Assembly (NCBI GenBank): GCA_964016885.1
Contig: OZ024742.1
Location: 345,650,001-345,714,000 of the forward strand
Length of the DNA stretch: 64,000 nucleotides
Direction: 5' to 3'
Origin: Eledone cirrhosa
Taxonomy: Eukaryota
The position numbers and the translations under genes are program-made. Positions 28,266 through 41,599 of this stretch are shown piece after piece; within the stretch, counting starts at the first letter, position 1; each line of letters opens with the position of its first letter. The notes beneath the pieces were generated by a model. That model saw only the letters and a list, made by a program, of their open reading frames with translations, had not been told where the DNA came from and searched no databases.

Positions 28266-28371
28266 ATTTATTAAAATAACATATTAAAGTTTAAGCAAAG
28301 AATCGCTGCTTTCACCCTTAACGGGATCTTCTGATTCTTTGCTTAAACTTTAATCTGTTATTTTAATAAAT
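28266..28371. repeat. 39-bp-arm hairpin with one mismatch; partly an inverted copy of 26591-26653
   Basis: ATTTATTAAAATAACATATTAAAGTTTAAGCAAAGAATC ... GATTCTTTGCTTAAACTTTAATCTGTTATTTTAATAAAT. Confidence 0.85.
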
Positions 28372-28755
28372 AAATAAATAGTGTTAGGTAATTCCGAAGG
28401 AAAAACCAAAGAAAAAAAGAGTGCTCTATGTATAGAACAGAGGTATTTATTACGTGGGATCCAGAAACCTTTGGTAATGGAGTAGTTATATTTTATGTTT
28501 ATTTTATATATATATATACGTATAGATTTTTTTACTGGTCTTTATTCTAAAGTGAAGCTGGAGCACTGCATTTATTCAATGATATCGACCCTATTTCTTA
28601 TATTTTCATGCCTGGTATTTATTTTATCGATCGCTTTGTTAAAGCTCTATTTACAGAGCATAAATAGTGAGCCTGCACAATCTCACGCACTCACATGCAC
28701 ACACCCACACACATGCACATACATACATACATACATACATACATACATACATACA

Positions 28756-28838
<83 letters not shown>

Positions 28839-28892
28839 CGTTTCTGAATTTGTATAGCAAGATTCTTTATCTGGAAACGTGTGTTGAAACCG

Positions 28893-29652
28893 ATATTGTT
28901 ATACTTTGGGAGGGTCATGTTGCCAATAAGAAACACACGCATCCATTGTTTCACTCCAATTTATTATAAATTAAATTTATAAACTTGAGAATTTATAAAT
29001 TTCCGGTTGGTTGGTTGGTTCTACAACCGGACGATTGTTCATATATTGTCAAAGTTCTTTCGTCACACATTCTGTGACCTCTTCAGTGACTGGGGATTCT
29101 TTTCTTTGTTTTTGTGCCTCTCCTTTGTTCTGTCCTACGCCATCTTGTTTTTGTGTGTGCTGTGTTCTTAGTTTGCGCATGTGTTACATCCGGGTGTCTG
29201 TGTGTGTTTATATTTGTTTATTTATTTGTTTATTTGCATGTTACTGGTTGGTTGTTTGTTCTATGTGTGTGTGTGTGTTTTCATTTTGTCCTTAATTGTA
29301 AGTTGTGTTGTTGCTATTCCATTCATGTTGTCTATTTAATTTTGGTTGGACTTCATTTATGTTTATTGCCTCTGTTATTTATCTAAACATTGCGTCTTTT
29401 CTGTGTGTTGATTCTATTTTAATTTCTATGTTCTCTAATTTAACCTTATGTTCTATTTTAGCATGTTGGTGGAGTACAGATGATTCTTTTCTATCTTGAA
29501 GCTCTCGCCACAATCGTCCAGTTGTGGAACCAACCAACCGGAAATTTATAAATTCTTAAATTTATAAATTTAATTTATATTAAATTGGAGTGAAAGCATC
29601 GGTGCGTGTGTTTTTTATTGGTAAGATGACCCTCCCAAAGCATAACAATATA
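28893..29652. repeat. Inverted-repeat element with arms of about 145 bp (28893-29038 and 29510-29652)
   Basis: TTTGGGAGGGTCAT...CCGGTTGGTTGG...GGACGATTG vs CAATCGTCC...CCAACCAACCGG...ATGACCCTCCCAAA. Confidence 0.85.
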
Positions 29653-29875
29653 TATATATATATATGGTGGGGGGGGGGTAGGTGTGTGTGTGTTTGTAAA
29701 CGTGTATGTATATATAAGGTTTCAAGACCCAATATTGACCATATCTGGGAATGTAAGAGGGTTCAAAACTATGAATTAGTCTTCAGGTGCTTATACTGGA
29801 GATATTGTAAACATTGGGTCTTGAACCCTAGGTAGCACCTTTGTTCCGTGAAGAAACATAAATAAATAATATATT

Positions 29876-29979
29876 TGTTTCTACTTTTTGCACAAGGCCA
29901 GCAATTGCCCAGTGTATTACTGGTACTTTATTTTATCGACACTGTATCGATGAAAGGCAGATTTAACCTCGGCGGGATT
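29876..29979 (-). mobile_element. tRNA-derived SINE, 5'-truncated
   Basis: Reverse complement of the 3' half of the 25663 SINE. Confidence 0.85.
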
Positions 29980-30004
29980 AGCTCTCTACCGATTGAGAAC
30001 TGTT

Positions 30005-30236
<232 letters not shown>

Positions 30237-30406
30237 TCATCATTTTTTCATTACTATCATAAACGTAATGAAGGAGTAACCACTCGTCCTTGTTTTATTG
30301 TATTATACTACACTCTGTCTAGCTCTACACCTCGATACAGAAGTGAACCTAAACATCGAATGCTCGCCCGGGTGAACCTACAGTAACTCCAAGTTCTCCC
30401 TGGATA

Positions 30407-30437
<31 letters not shown>

Positions 30438-30567
30438 GCAAAAGTTCTATTTAAATTGTTGGGATACAACAATCAAATATATTTATAACTGATATAAAGC
30501 ACTCGACAAGTATTTGGAGTAGATATACGATATTAACAAATGGAAACTATATTTATAAATCCATATT

Positions 30568-30632
30568 TATTTCATTATACATATTTCAAGGATACCAAGT
30601 TAAATTATGGTATGCCTTCATCAGACAAAATA
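30568..30632 (-). ncRNA. Type I hammerhead ribozyme, inverted pLTR copy
   Basis: Reverse complement is identical to the 35029-35093 motif. Confidence 0.75.
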
Positions 30633-31506
30633 CAATATATACCAGTTTTATAAATAAACATTGACGTACCCTTCAAAAATGCACCCGTTACTTTTGGAAG
30701 ACACCAGGATAGTGGTTTGTTTATTTTAGTAAGTCGTTGTGTTAAGGAGAAGTAAAAAGACGGAGAGAGAGAGAAACGTGTAGAAAAGAAAGGGAGAGAT
30801 AAATAAAGAAAAAGAAGAAAGAAAAAAGAAAAAAAGAAAACAGAGGAAAACAACAGAGAGATATCAAAACACCAGACAGAGAGAAAAAATCAAGAGAGAG
30901 AAATATAGAGATAGAGAGAGGGGGAGAGAACGAAAACCTTAAGTCATGTCATATTAAGTTCAGTTAACAATTGAGATGAAATGAATAAATAAAATAAAAT
31001 TAGAAATATTAATATTCATGAATGGAATATACATATATAATATGAGAAATTAATCATTGTTTAATTATGATTAGATATTTAGTTTAAAAATTGAGATCAA
31101 TATATTAAAAATTGGAATTTAAACATTACGAAATATATATATTGCTAGAGAAATTACCTATCATATAGCACGTACATAAATATATATATACATAAATATA
31201 TATATACACACACACTCAGAAAATACACACTATATCTTCTCCCGCATATAATATATACATACAAAGCATAAGTGATTTATTTTATTACTGCTATACATTC
31301 CTTGTGTTATTAAACAACATTTTTTAGTATATATATATAAATATATAGGATTAACTTTCATGCATTTATGGCTGTTAAATTATGCATATCTGCAATCAAA
31401 ACTGCATGGGTAACCATGTACATGTACACGCACAATTCTTAGATATACATATATAAATATGTGTGTGCATCTTCACCCAATTGGTAGAAACGCGTCACTC
31501 ATGCAT

Positions 31507-33679
31507 ATACCTAGTAATACAGATTTTATTAAACAATTAATAGAAAAATCACTCTTTTATAAGAAGAATAAGGTGACGTGCTTTCCACTTCGATAAATCT
31601 AATCTAAATGAAAATATTTCAAATCTGGATAAAATCTTCAAATCTAAAAAAAATCCACCCCCAAAACAAACTACTAATGGATTTTGAAAATGATATCATA
31701 TCTATCATCCAAAGCATCAAATTCAAAAACAACTTCAAAGGCCAAGATTACTTAAGAGATATTAAGGATAATATTGAAAACTTGGAGAAAACGGAGAAAA
31801 TTCTAGTCAAGTCGGACAAAACTAATAATCTTTACGGAATACAAAAGGACATTTATAACAACCTTATATTGAAGGAACTAAGGAAGAAATACAAAGTAGC
31901 AAATAAGGACGAACTTGAAAAACTGAATACAGATGACTCTTGTATAATGCATGAACTAGACATTGAAAATAAAACACAACCCTTCAGGCCAAGGAAACCT
32001 AAGATTAATATGAAGGATCATAAAAGAAACTTTGAAAATGATTTACCAGTCAGATTAATTGCACCATCTAAATCTGACCTGGGCAGATTAGCAAAAATAT
32101 TCTAGACAGAATAATACAACAAATTAAGAATTTACCTAATTTATCTTACTTAAGATTATGGAAAGGGACTAGTGAGGTTATCGATTGGTTTAAAGAAATT
32201 AAATATAACAATAATAATAAGTTTATTCAGTTGGATATTGCTAACTACTACTCATCTATCACTCCTAATCTACTGAACAAGGCACTAACTTACGCATTTA
32301 AACATACAGACCTAACTAGCAATGAAATGCACATTATATTATCGGCACGGAAAACATTAATAGAATTTAATAACCAACTCTGGACTAGGGCAGATAGAAA
32401 TAATAATTTTGACATAACTATGGGATCTTCAGACTCAGCTCAGGTAACGGACCTTGTGAGCCTATTTATAATTAATTCTCTACATAGAAAAATACCAGGT
32501 GTAACGGGAGGCTTATAACGTGACGACATGCTTTTACTTATTGAAAATAATAGCTGTGAACTAAATAGAAAAAGAAAACAAATTATACAATTGTTTAATT
32601 ACTTAATCTAAAAGTAGAAATAGAGAATAACCATACAATAGTCAATTTTCTAGATGTAACACTAAATCTCAACACATGTCTTCATTATCCATTTAACAAA
32701 CTAAATGAGAACTTAAATTATGTCAATTTTAACTCTAATTACCCCAGATCCGTTAAAAGTACTATAGTGAACTCTGTTCAAGAACGAATTTCAAGAATTT
32801 CATCTAATAAGAATATATTTGATGAAAAAGCGCATTATTACAACGAAGGGTTAGGTAGAGCTGGGTATAGAAATAAAATTAAATACATCGATAATAATAA
32901 TAATATACAAACTAACCAAAATAATAACAACTTTAATTATGGTAACAATTTTAACAACTATAATAGAAAACATTACAATAATTCCAAAACCCGAAAAAGA
33001 AATAGAACTAGGAATATATTATGGTTCGCTCCTCCTTTCTCACTAAATATTAAAACCCCTATTGCTAAACTATTCTTTAAAGCTCTTGAGAAACGCTTCC
33101 CTAGAACACATAGATATTACTCAATTTTTAATAGACATACTATAAAATTAACTTACTCTTCCACCAAAAATTTAGCGCAAAATATTAATAGGATTAATAA
33201 TAGAAATGTAAAACCTAACCAAAATACCAAGCAATATTCAATCGAATAATTGTAACTGCAGAAATAAATCCAACTGTCCGTTAAATAACAACTGCTTAGC
33301 TAAAAATGTAGTTTATAATTGTAATGTTAAAACTAATTTAAATTCATTTAATTATGTCGGTTCTACCTCCACAGAGTTTAAATCCCGATTCAATAATCAT
33401 AAAAATTATTTTACAGATCCAAACAAAAAATCTTCAACTTCGCTATCTAGCCAATTATGGGACCTAAAACGAGATAATGTTGAATATTTGCTGATTTGGA
33501 ATATTATTTCAAAAGCTACTCCTTTTAATTCCTCTTCAGAAAATTGCGATCTTTGTATAGAGGAAATATTCTTTATATTAAAGACCAAAAATTCCCTTAA
33601 TTTAAGGAATAATTTATTCAGTTGCTGCAGACATAGATTGAACTCAACGTTTAAATATAAATGTAAATTTAAAATGTAG
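31507..33679 (+). pseudogene. Penelope-like RT + Cys linker + GIY-YIG endonuclease, AT-rich, frameshifted
   Basis: KSDKTNNLY, KDHKRNF, PVRLIAPSKSDLG, FIQLDIANYYSSI, FDITMGSSDSAQV, GL*RDD, VNFLDVTL, CNCRNKSNCPLNNNC, VVY...YVG, RFNNH, CDLC, CCRH. The ITMGS.D motif and Cys-rich linker match the Naiad clade as I recall it. Confidence 0.92.
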
Positions 33680-35028
33680 TATAATTAATTAAGTAATTTG
33701 GTTAATATATGAAACCTGTCGATAAATCATTAGATTCCTTCACTCTTTTCATTTTCTTTGGTTAAGTACTAAAGTATAAATAAATTTTCTTCCTAAATAT
33801 AAATATAAATATAATAAACTATTCTAGAAAAGTTTATCCTTTCAATATCTTTAGTAAAATATACGTAAGATAAATTTCTATACTAAATATATTAAACATA
33901 TTATTTTAACTTAAAATATTCTATAATATTTTAAAATATTTTAATATTTTGATATTTGTAGAATTCATTTGTTTTTAAGTTATATTGATATAATTATATT
34001 TCCAAAATATAATCCTTTTGTATTTTATATACTCAATTGTACTATGTAATATATTAATGTATACTTATCTCTATAGGACTATGTATGTATATATGTGTAT
34101 TAACATACATATACATGTGTTATATGCTTTTTTATGAGTATATGTCTGTCTGTATATATGCATGAGTGACGCGTGTCTACCAATTGGGTGAAGATGCACA
34201 CACATATTTATATATGTATATCTAAGAATTGTGTGTGTACATGTACATGGTTACCCATGCAGTTTTGATTGCAGATATGCATAATTTAACAGCCATAAAT
34301 GCATGAAAGTTAATCCTAAATATTTATATATATATACTAAAAATGTTTATTTAATAACACAAGGAATGTATAGCAGTAATAACATAAATCACTTATGCTT
34401 TGTATGTATATATTATATGCGGGAGTAGATATAGTGTGTATTTTCTGAGTGTGTGTGTATATATATATTTATGTATCTTTGCCTATATGTACGTGCTATA
34501 TGATAGGTAATTTCTCTAGCAGTATATATATTTCGTAATGTTTAAATTCCAATTTTTAATATATTGATCTCAATTTTTAAACTAAATATCTAATCATAAT
34601 TAAACAATGATTAATTTCGCATATTATATATGTATATTCCATTCATGAATATTAATATTTCTAATTTTATTTTATTTATTCATTTCATCTCAATTGTTAA
34701 CTGAACTTAATATGACATGACTTAAGGTGTTCGTTCTCTCCCCCTCTCTCTATCTCTATATTTCTCTCTCTTGATTTTTTTCTCTCTGTCTGGTGGTTTG
34801 ATATCTCTCTGTTGTTTTCCTCTGTTTTCTTTTTTTCTTTTTACTTTCTTCTTTTTCTTTATTTATCTCTCCCTTTCTTTTCTCCACGTTTCTCTCTCTC
34901 TCCGTCTTTTTCTCCTTAACACAACGACTTACTAAAATAAACAAACCACTATCCTGATGTCTTCCAAAAGCAACGGTTGCATTTTGAAAGGTTACGTCAA
35001 TGTTTATTTATAAAAGTGGTATATATTG

Positions 35029-35093
35029 TATTTTGTCTGATGAAGGCATACCATAATTTAACTTGGTATCCTTGAAATATGTATAATGAAATA
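35029..35093 (+). ncRNA. Type I hammerhead ribozyme in the 3' pLTR
   Basis: Stem I TATTTTGT/ATGAAATA; core CTGATGA 35037-35043; stem II AGGCATACCA/TGGTATCCTT (one C-C mismatch); GAAA 35074-35077; short quasi-palindromic stem III ATATGTAT followed by A. Confidence 0.75.
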
Positions 35094-35132
35094 AATATGG
35101 TTTTATAAATATAGTTTCCATTTGTTAATATC

Positions 35133-35184
<52 letters not shown>

Positions 35185-35230
35185 AAATAAAATAAATTAA
35201 AATAATAAAATAAAAAAATAAAATAAAATA

Positions 35231-37180
35231 AGTAAAAGTATACTAGATAGGATTTTGCCCATGCTTCGGAAGAAAACTAAATTACAGCAATGGTCATGCA
35301 CGGGAGAGGTAATAGAATGGTTTAAGATACTACATGAGAAAAGTAACACCAGCTTTATACAACTGGATATCGCAGGCAACTACTCCTCAATCTCACCCAT
35401 AGTACTCAATATGGCCCTATTTTTAGCGATGTCGAATACGTACCTAACCCGAGTGGAGGTGAGCATCATCCACGCCACAAGAAAGACTTTAATCCGTTTC
35501 GATGGAGACCTTTGGACCAGGAGTGATTGGCCAAATAACTTTGACATCACGATGGGCTCCAGCGACTCAGCACAGTAACGGACCTGGTTGGGCTCTTCCT
35601 GCTGAAGCAGATAAAAGATGAAATCCCCTGCCTGGGCGGCGGATTATATCGTGACGATGCTCTCTTCACAGTAAATGATCACAGCACCAATATGTTGGAG
35701 GGAATGAGGAAGCGTATTAGCCATTTCTTTAAGAACCAGGTGCTCAGTATTGAACTAGACCCAAATAGAAAGGTAGTTAACTTCCTAGAGACCACCCTAA
35801 ACCTGAACACCGAACAATACTACCCCTACCACAAGCCCAACGAGAAACTCGTGTATGTTAACGCCAGGTCAAACCACCCTATATCCATAACCAAAGCCGT
35901 GGTGAAGAGTGTCTCGGACAGGATGTCCAGCCTGTCCGCAAGTAAGGAAATATTCGATAACAACACGGAATATTACAACGCAGCTCTAAATAAGGCGGCA
36001 CATGGACAAAATATAACATACAGTCCGAAACGCGGGATGGGGATGGCCCAACGGACAGCCACAGGCGTTGGTGACAAGTACGCTTAACCATGGGATGAAA
36101 CCCAATATGAGTAGCAGTTTCAGGGGTGATGCTAACCACCCAGGGCCCGACGACCCCAACTGCAGGACACGTGGGGGGAACGGGGGACCGCCTCACTGTA
36201 GATCTCCCAGCGCGGGCAACGACCACGCCACAGATTCGGGCCGTGAAGATAGCAAAACGCATAGCGCCCAAAGGGAAAGCAACAATGCGGGAACCACCAG
36301 CAACCCAACAAATTTCCAACAACTCACGACGCCCCCGACCCACACATATAGGAGGAGACACAGAAAAATCACGTGGTACTACCCACCCTACTCAGCGGCC
36401 CTAAAGAATAGCTTGGCCCAATCATTCTTTGGAGCACTTGATAAATGCTTCCCGAGGGACCATAGATACCACAAGATCTTCAACAGACAGACTGTGAAGC
36501 TCTCGTATTCCACCACGCGAAATCTGGCCCAACACATAGCTAGCATCAACAGGAGTAGGCTTAAAAACCACACACAACCAGAAGATGGCAATACAAGCAC
36601 TCAGCAGAACCATGTGAAAGGAGGGAAGGGGGGACCCAGTGCCCACACAAGAAACCCAAACAGACCCTGGGACCCTCCACCGCGCCTGGGGGAAGACCAC
36701 CATGTAACATCTAACGGGATCTCCAATCTAGGCACGCAGAGGTCGACCACCCTCTGCAACTGCAGAAACCCCGAATCATGCCCCCTTGGTAATGAATGCC
36801 TTAAGAAGAACCTAGTATACGGTTGTAGGGTTAAAACCCCCAACTTCGAACACCTCTACATAGGAGCCACATCAACGAGCTTTAAAGACGGCTGGTATAA
36901 CCATCGCCATTCCTTCAATAAGGAGGCCAAAAGAAAAAGTACGGCTCTCTCCGACCTGATCTGCAAGCTTAAGCTGGACAGGACGCCGTACTCTCTGGCC
37001 TGGTCCATAATCAGGAAAGTACCACCCGATAAAGGGGGATCTTGCATATGCAAACTATGTCTGAACGAGACCCTCGAGATACTAAGAGGTGGAAGCGGCC
37101 TGATAAACCTCAGAACCGATTTCTTCGGGACATGCAGACACCTCAGGTCCGGGACCTTCCTCAAGATATATGGACAGTAG
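35231..37180 (+). pseudogene. Second Penelope-like (Naiad-type) RT + GIY-YIG, 5'-truncated, more GC-rich
   Basis: SILDRI, FIQLDIAGNYSSI, FDITMGSSDSAQ, GLYRDD, VNFLETTL, YVNARSNHP, ITWYYPPYS, CNCRNPESCPLGNEC, LVY...YIG, WYNH, CKLCLNE, CRH; frameshifts at about 35576 and 36080. Confidence 0.93.
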
Positions 37181-38392
37181 CAACACAATAAGATGTGAAC
37201 TCCCCTCAAGGTATAGGGACTTCTCCAGAACATGTAGACACCTCTCGGCCAAACCTCCCTCAAGCTATATGGGCAGTAACAACACCATAGGGACGAACCC
37301 AGGCTCAGCAGACACCATGATAGCCTAGAGATTGATTCTGACACAGCCTTTATAATTTGGCCAACATCTTTATAACACACACACATTTTAATTTACCTGA
37401 TTTTTTATTTTTCAATTTTGATTTCTCATTATTCATTTGTTATTTATTTTCTGTTTTCTTCACTTTATCACCTTATATTTATATTTAAGTTGAGATTGGT
37501 TATAACACACATTTTATTTGATTATCCTATTTCGTTTTATTCTTTTACCATCTTGTTCCTCCTACCAATCTATCCAACATATTTCTGACCTTGAGATTGG
37601 TTATTACACACACACATTTTATCTTATTTTATTCGAATCTTCATTTTATTTTTCACTTTTCATTTTCATTTTTCATTTTCCATATTCACTTTTCATTACT
37701 TTTTCATTACCTTTTCATTAATTTTTCATTTATTCTCTATCTATTATTTATTTTCTATTTACTTCATTTTATTGCCTTCTATTTCTTCATATACATGGCA
37801 GAACGCTCCCTCCACCACCACCACCACGGGAGATGGTGGCAGGAGGGATGAAGAAACACACACACAGATACTTCTAAATTGTCAGCAGCAGCAAGAAATA
37901 AGCTGACCACAACACCAACAACACTACCAAAATAAGGGTAGAGGTCTGATGTACTTAACAATAGCAAACACAAACACTACAGGGAGCCTCACCCCAGAAA
38001 GAATTTCTATAGACTTTGGTGTGAGGAATGCTCTCAAAACTGATCAATGGGAAATCTTTATAATATTGAGATGGGTATAATACACACACACACATTTTAT
38101 TCGATTATTTTATTTTGTTCCTTTACCATCTTATTCCTTCTACCACTTTATCACCTTTTGTGTTATATGACTCCAACAATAACACCACTACCAACACAAG
38201 AATAGAGGTCAGGTGTACCTAACAATAACAAGAGCAACGACTACAGATTGGCTTGCCTCAGAACGAATTTCTATAGACTTTTGACTGAGGAATGTTCTAA
38301 CTGACCAATGAGAGGAGAAGAGGCCCTTTGACACTGAAATTCGTTTGTTTGAATTCATATGATTCCAGTTCCTCAGTGAAATAACAACCCAA
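37181..38392 (+). repeat. Probable 3' non-coding region of the second Penelope-like element, with internal direct duplications
   Basis: ORF end duplicated (37152-37190 vs 37252-37290); repeated TTGAGATTGGTTAT(A/T)ACACAC; 37910-38050 resembles 38172-38310. Cut off by the gap. Confidence 0.5.
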
Positions 38393-38592
38393 NNNNNNNN
38401 NNNNNNNNNNNNNNNNNNNNNNNNNNNNNNNNNNNNNNNNNNNNNNNNNNNNNNNNNNNNNNNNNNNNNNNNNNNNNNNNNNNNNNNNNNNNNNNNNNNN
38501 NNNNNNNNNNNNNNNNNNNNNNNNNNNNNNNNNNNNNNNNNNNNNNNNNNNNNNNNNNNNNNNNNNNNNNNNNNNNNNNNNNNNNNNNNNNN
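38393..38592. other. Assembly gap (200 N)
   Basis: Run of n. Confidence 1.
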
Positions 38593-38800
38593 GTGCTGCG
38601 GTTTAAACTCATGAAGTCGAGGCAACAAAGGGAAAAGCTCATCAGAACAATTTCCATGAAAATATTTGAATAGGCCATGCACAGAGAGGTAACATTTCGA
38701 TGGTATGATAATGATTGTAGCCGATAAGTCAGGATCAATAATGTTGATGAATCTTCTTTGGATCTTATCCAGACTCTCAGAGACCACAGCAGATGCCCAA
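38593..38800 (-). mobile_element. CR1/L2/Jockey-group LINE, C-terminal fragment
   Basis: SLDKIQRRFINII / LQSLSYHRNVTSL / FKYFHGNCSDEL, typical of the post-RT region of these LINEs. Confidence 0.7.
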
Positions 38801-38949
38801 GACCAGTATAGCTTTCATTATGTAAAATCTCCCCAATCTGCCGCATTTCTCCCGGTTTTGGGGCACTTTTTTCATGGTACTCGCCGTTTCGGTTTTAGAG
38901 GTTGGCTGGTCTGCAATATGAAGACAAATGGTAGATGTAAATAAATATA

Positions 38950-39100
38950 AGAATTGGCAGAATCATTAGAACGTCGGATAGAATTCTTTGAGATATTTGT
39001 TTCAGCTCTCTGCTCTCTGAGTTCAAATTCCGCCGAGGTCAAGTTTGACTTTCATCCATTTGAGGGTCAATGAAAAAGAAGTACCAGTCATGTACTGGTG
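38950..39100 (+). mobile_element. tRNA-derived SINE, related subfamily
   Basis: TTGGCAGAATC...CTGAGTTCAAATTCCGCCGAGGTC...GTACCAGT. Confidence 0.8.
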
Positions 39101-39346
39101 TGAATTTTTCCTCTATATCTCTTTCTTACTTCCATTCTCTAGTCTCTATCATTCTCTGGAAGAAATCTGCTGTGTTCAGGCGTGGAGGGGAGTTAAGCTC
39201 CCCTTCAGGTTTTAAAAAGTCCCCTAGATACGCCGTATGTTAAAGTGCTAAGACGCTCTGGGAAGTTACGGGGTCAATACATACCTTAATGTGAGACACA
39301 AACTAAGTAAGAACACAATGACAGTACAATACCATTGAGTTCAATA

Positions 39347-39590
39347 GTTGTTGTTGTTGTTGTGGCTATTGTTGTTGTTCGGGTTGTTCCGGCAGTTGTT
39401 TTTGTTGTTGTGGTGATGGTTGTTGTGGCTATTGTTTTTATTCTTGCGGTTGCTGATGATGTTGTTATTGTTGTTTTTGTTGTTGCTACTGTCGTTGTTG
39501 ATGATGCTGTTATTGTTTTTGTTGTTGCTACTGCTGCTGTCGTTGTTGTTGTTGCTGCTTTCGTTGCATATGCTGTTGTTGCTGTTGTTG
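39347..39590. repeat. Degenerate (GTT/GCT)n microsatellite
   Basis: Seen directly. Confidence 0.85.
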
Positions 39591-39853
39591 GATCTCAGTC
39601 AGTTCCGACGCCGAATGTTAAATTCAATTGGTCAACAGGATAATCTGCTCGGGAAAATAACAGGCAAACGGCTAAGCGTTCCACATACACGTGTACTTTT
39701 TACATAGTTCTCAGGAAGACTCAGCGTAACATATTGTGTCACATGGCTGGCTCATTGTATTATCTATACAACATAATTTTACCGGAAGCATTGATAATTA
39801 TGTGAAATTAGTATACAAGTGACAGGTATACAGTTTAAACAATATTATTTCAT

Positions 39854-40034
39854 GGTGGATTGGCAGTATCAGTAGAGGGTCGGACGCCATGCTTTCCAGC
39901 ATAGTTACGTCCCTTTACGATCTGAGTTCAAATCCCGCCGAGGTTGACTTTGCCTTCCATCCTTACGGGGTCGATAAAATAAAGTATCAGTAATTCACTG
40001 GGTAATTGCTGGCCTTGTGCCAAAAGTAGAAACA
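39854..40034 (+). mobile_element. tRNA-derived SINE
   Basis: Same family as 25663; TSD ATTATTTCAT at 39844-39853 and 40035-40044. Confidence 0.9.
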
Positions 40035-40620
40035 ATTATTTCATAGTAGAGTTATGTAAACATACAGAAAAAGAGAGCAGTATTAGAAAGTATTATAAAT
40101 GACATAAATAAGAAGAAACGGAGGGGATTAGACATGTCTATTAGACAAAGGAATAAAGAAAGGAGGAAAGGGAAAAGTTGACAGACTCTACTCATAGGTC
40201 AGAGCGTTGTTGCGGTTGAGTCCCGCAGGTAAAACTGCAAAGGTATTTCGAGAGACAATGACCAGTGATACACACAGCAACAGTCACTTTCACCTTGCGG
40301 GGCTCCTTCCACTGAAGGGCTGCCATTGAGCGAATCTTACGGAGAAGGTTAGCTGTCTGGGCTCCGGTATTTGCTTGTCTTCCTGACCTCTGCATTGCGA
40401 GCCAGGGTACCGGAGTTTGAGGGGCGGCGACTAGGCTGGAAGCAGAGAACGTATCAGTGAGATTCAAACTGACACAATTACTAGTACAATTTAGTATTCT
40501 TTCAAGCTGAGTTGATTGTGAATCCAGCTAGATCAGTTAGAGACGGTTGCTTCTGACAGGACCCGCTGGAAGTGTTTGTGGACTCTGATCTCACGACCCT
40601 TGCCGGAATAAGTGGGTAAA

Positions 40621-40731
40621 GAAGAAGAAGAAGAAGAAGAAGAAGAAGAAGAAGAAGAAGAAGAAGAAGAAGAAGAAGAAGAAGAAGAAGAAGAAGAAGA
40701 AGAAGAAGAAGAAGAAGAAGAAGAAGAAGAA
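40621..40731. repeat. (GAA)n microsatellite
   Basis: Pure triplet run. Confidence 0.97.
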
Positions 40732-41351
40732 AGAGGCGGAAAAGGAGGGCGAAGAAAAAGAAGCTGATTGAAACAACTATAAAGAGGTGACGTGACTGTC
40801 ATACTAAATGACACGACGCCCCACCGGTAATCGAACTCACGACCTTCAATCGTCAACCTTAACCCCTAATCTACCAGAGTAGAGTATCAATGTTACGAAT
40901 ATGAAATTAATTACATGTTTTTTTCCTCCAAAGTGATTATACAATATGGCTCCCATACTCTAATATATCAGGCGGGTTTCATTATTTTATTGTTTCATGT
41001 TATTACTTTATTTATTTGCAGGGTTGTCGAGTGTAAGACTTTAAAAACTACAGCAACATAGTTTCTAAAGTAAAGCTACTTTCCGCCGGCAACACACGTC
41101 TCATATATCTTTCATATCTGCACTTATTCTATTGTCAATATATACATAGATGTACAGATACACATGCACTCATGCTATATATATATATATGTGTGTGTGG
41201 GTGTGTGTGTCTGTGTGTGTATGTGTCAGTGTGTGTGTGTCTGTGTGTGTATGTGTCTGCGTGTGTGTGTATGTGTGTGTATGTGTGTGTGTGTATGTGT
41301 GTGTGTATGTGTGTATGTGTGTGTGTTTGTGTGTAGGTATATACACGCATA

Positions 41352-41399
<48 letters not shown>

Positions 41400-41529
41400 T
41401 ATATGTTCATATACACACATATATCACATGTATCTATTAGTAAGTAAAAGTGTACGTTCGTGTAACCCCCACGAAGCTATATATTGCAAGCTACTCTGCA
41501 ATTTTCCATTTAAACAGGGTTCTGGTTAT

Positions 41530-41599
<70 letters not shown>

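Larger units (their letters stand above)
30439..35135 (+). mobile_element. Penelope-like retroelement (Naiad-type) with ~1-kb inverted pLTRs, inserted in (TA)n
   Basis: 30523-31509 is the reverse complement of about 34156-35135; RT and GIY-YIG coding region lies between; (TA)n on both sides. Confidence 0.92.

Noticed and set aside
31574-31576. In-frame TGA as selenocysteine (some Naiads encode selenoproteins)
   Set aside because: It falls at an expected Trp (R-W-R/K-A) in an ORF with other disruptions; the Cys motifs use normal codons and I saw no convincing SECIS.
34943-34998. Second hammerhead in the pLTR (CTGATGT...GAAAG...GTC)
   Set aside because: Core is CTGATGT here and CTGGTGT in the inverted copy; it is only a hairpin.
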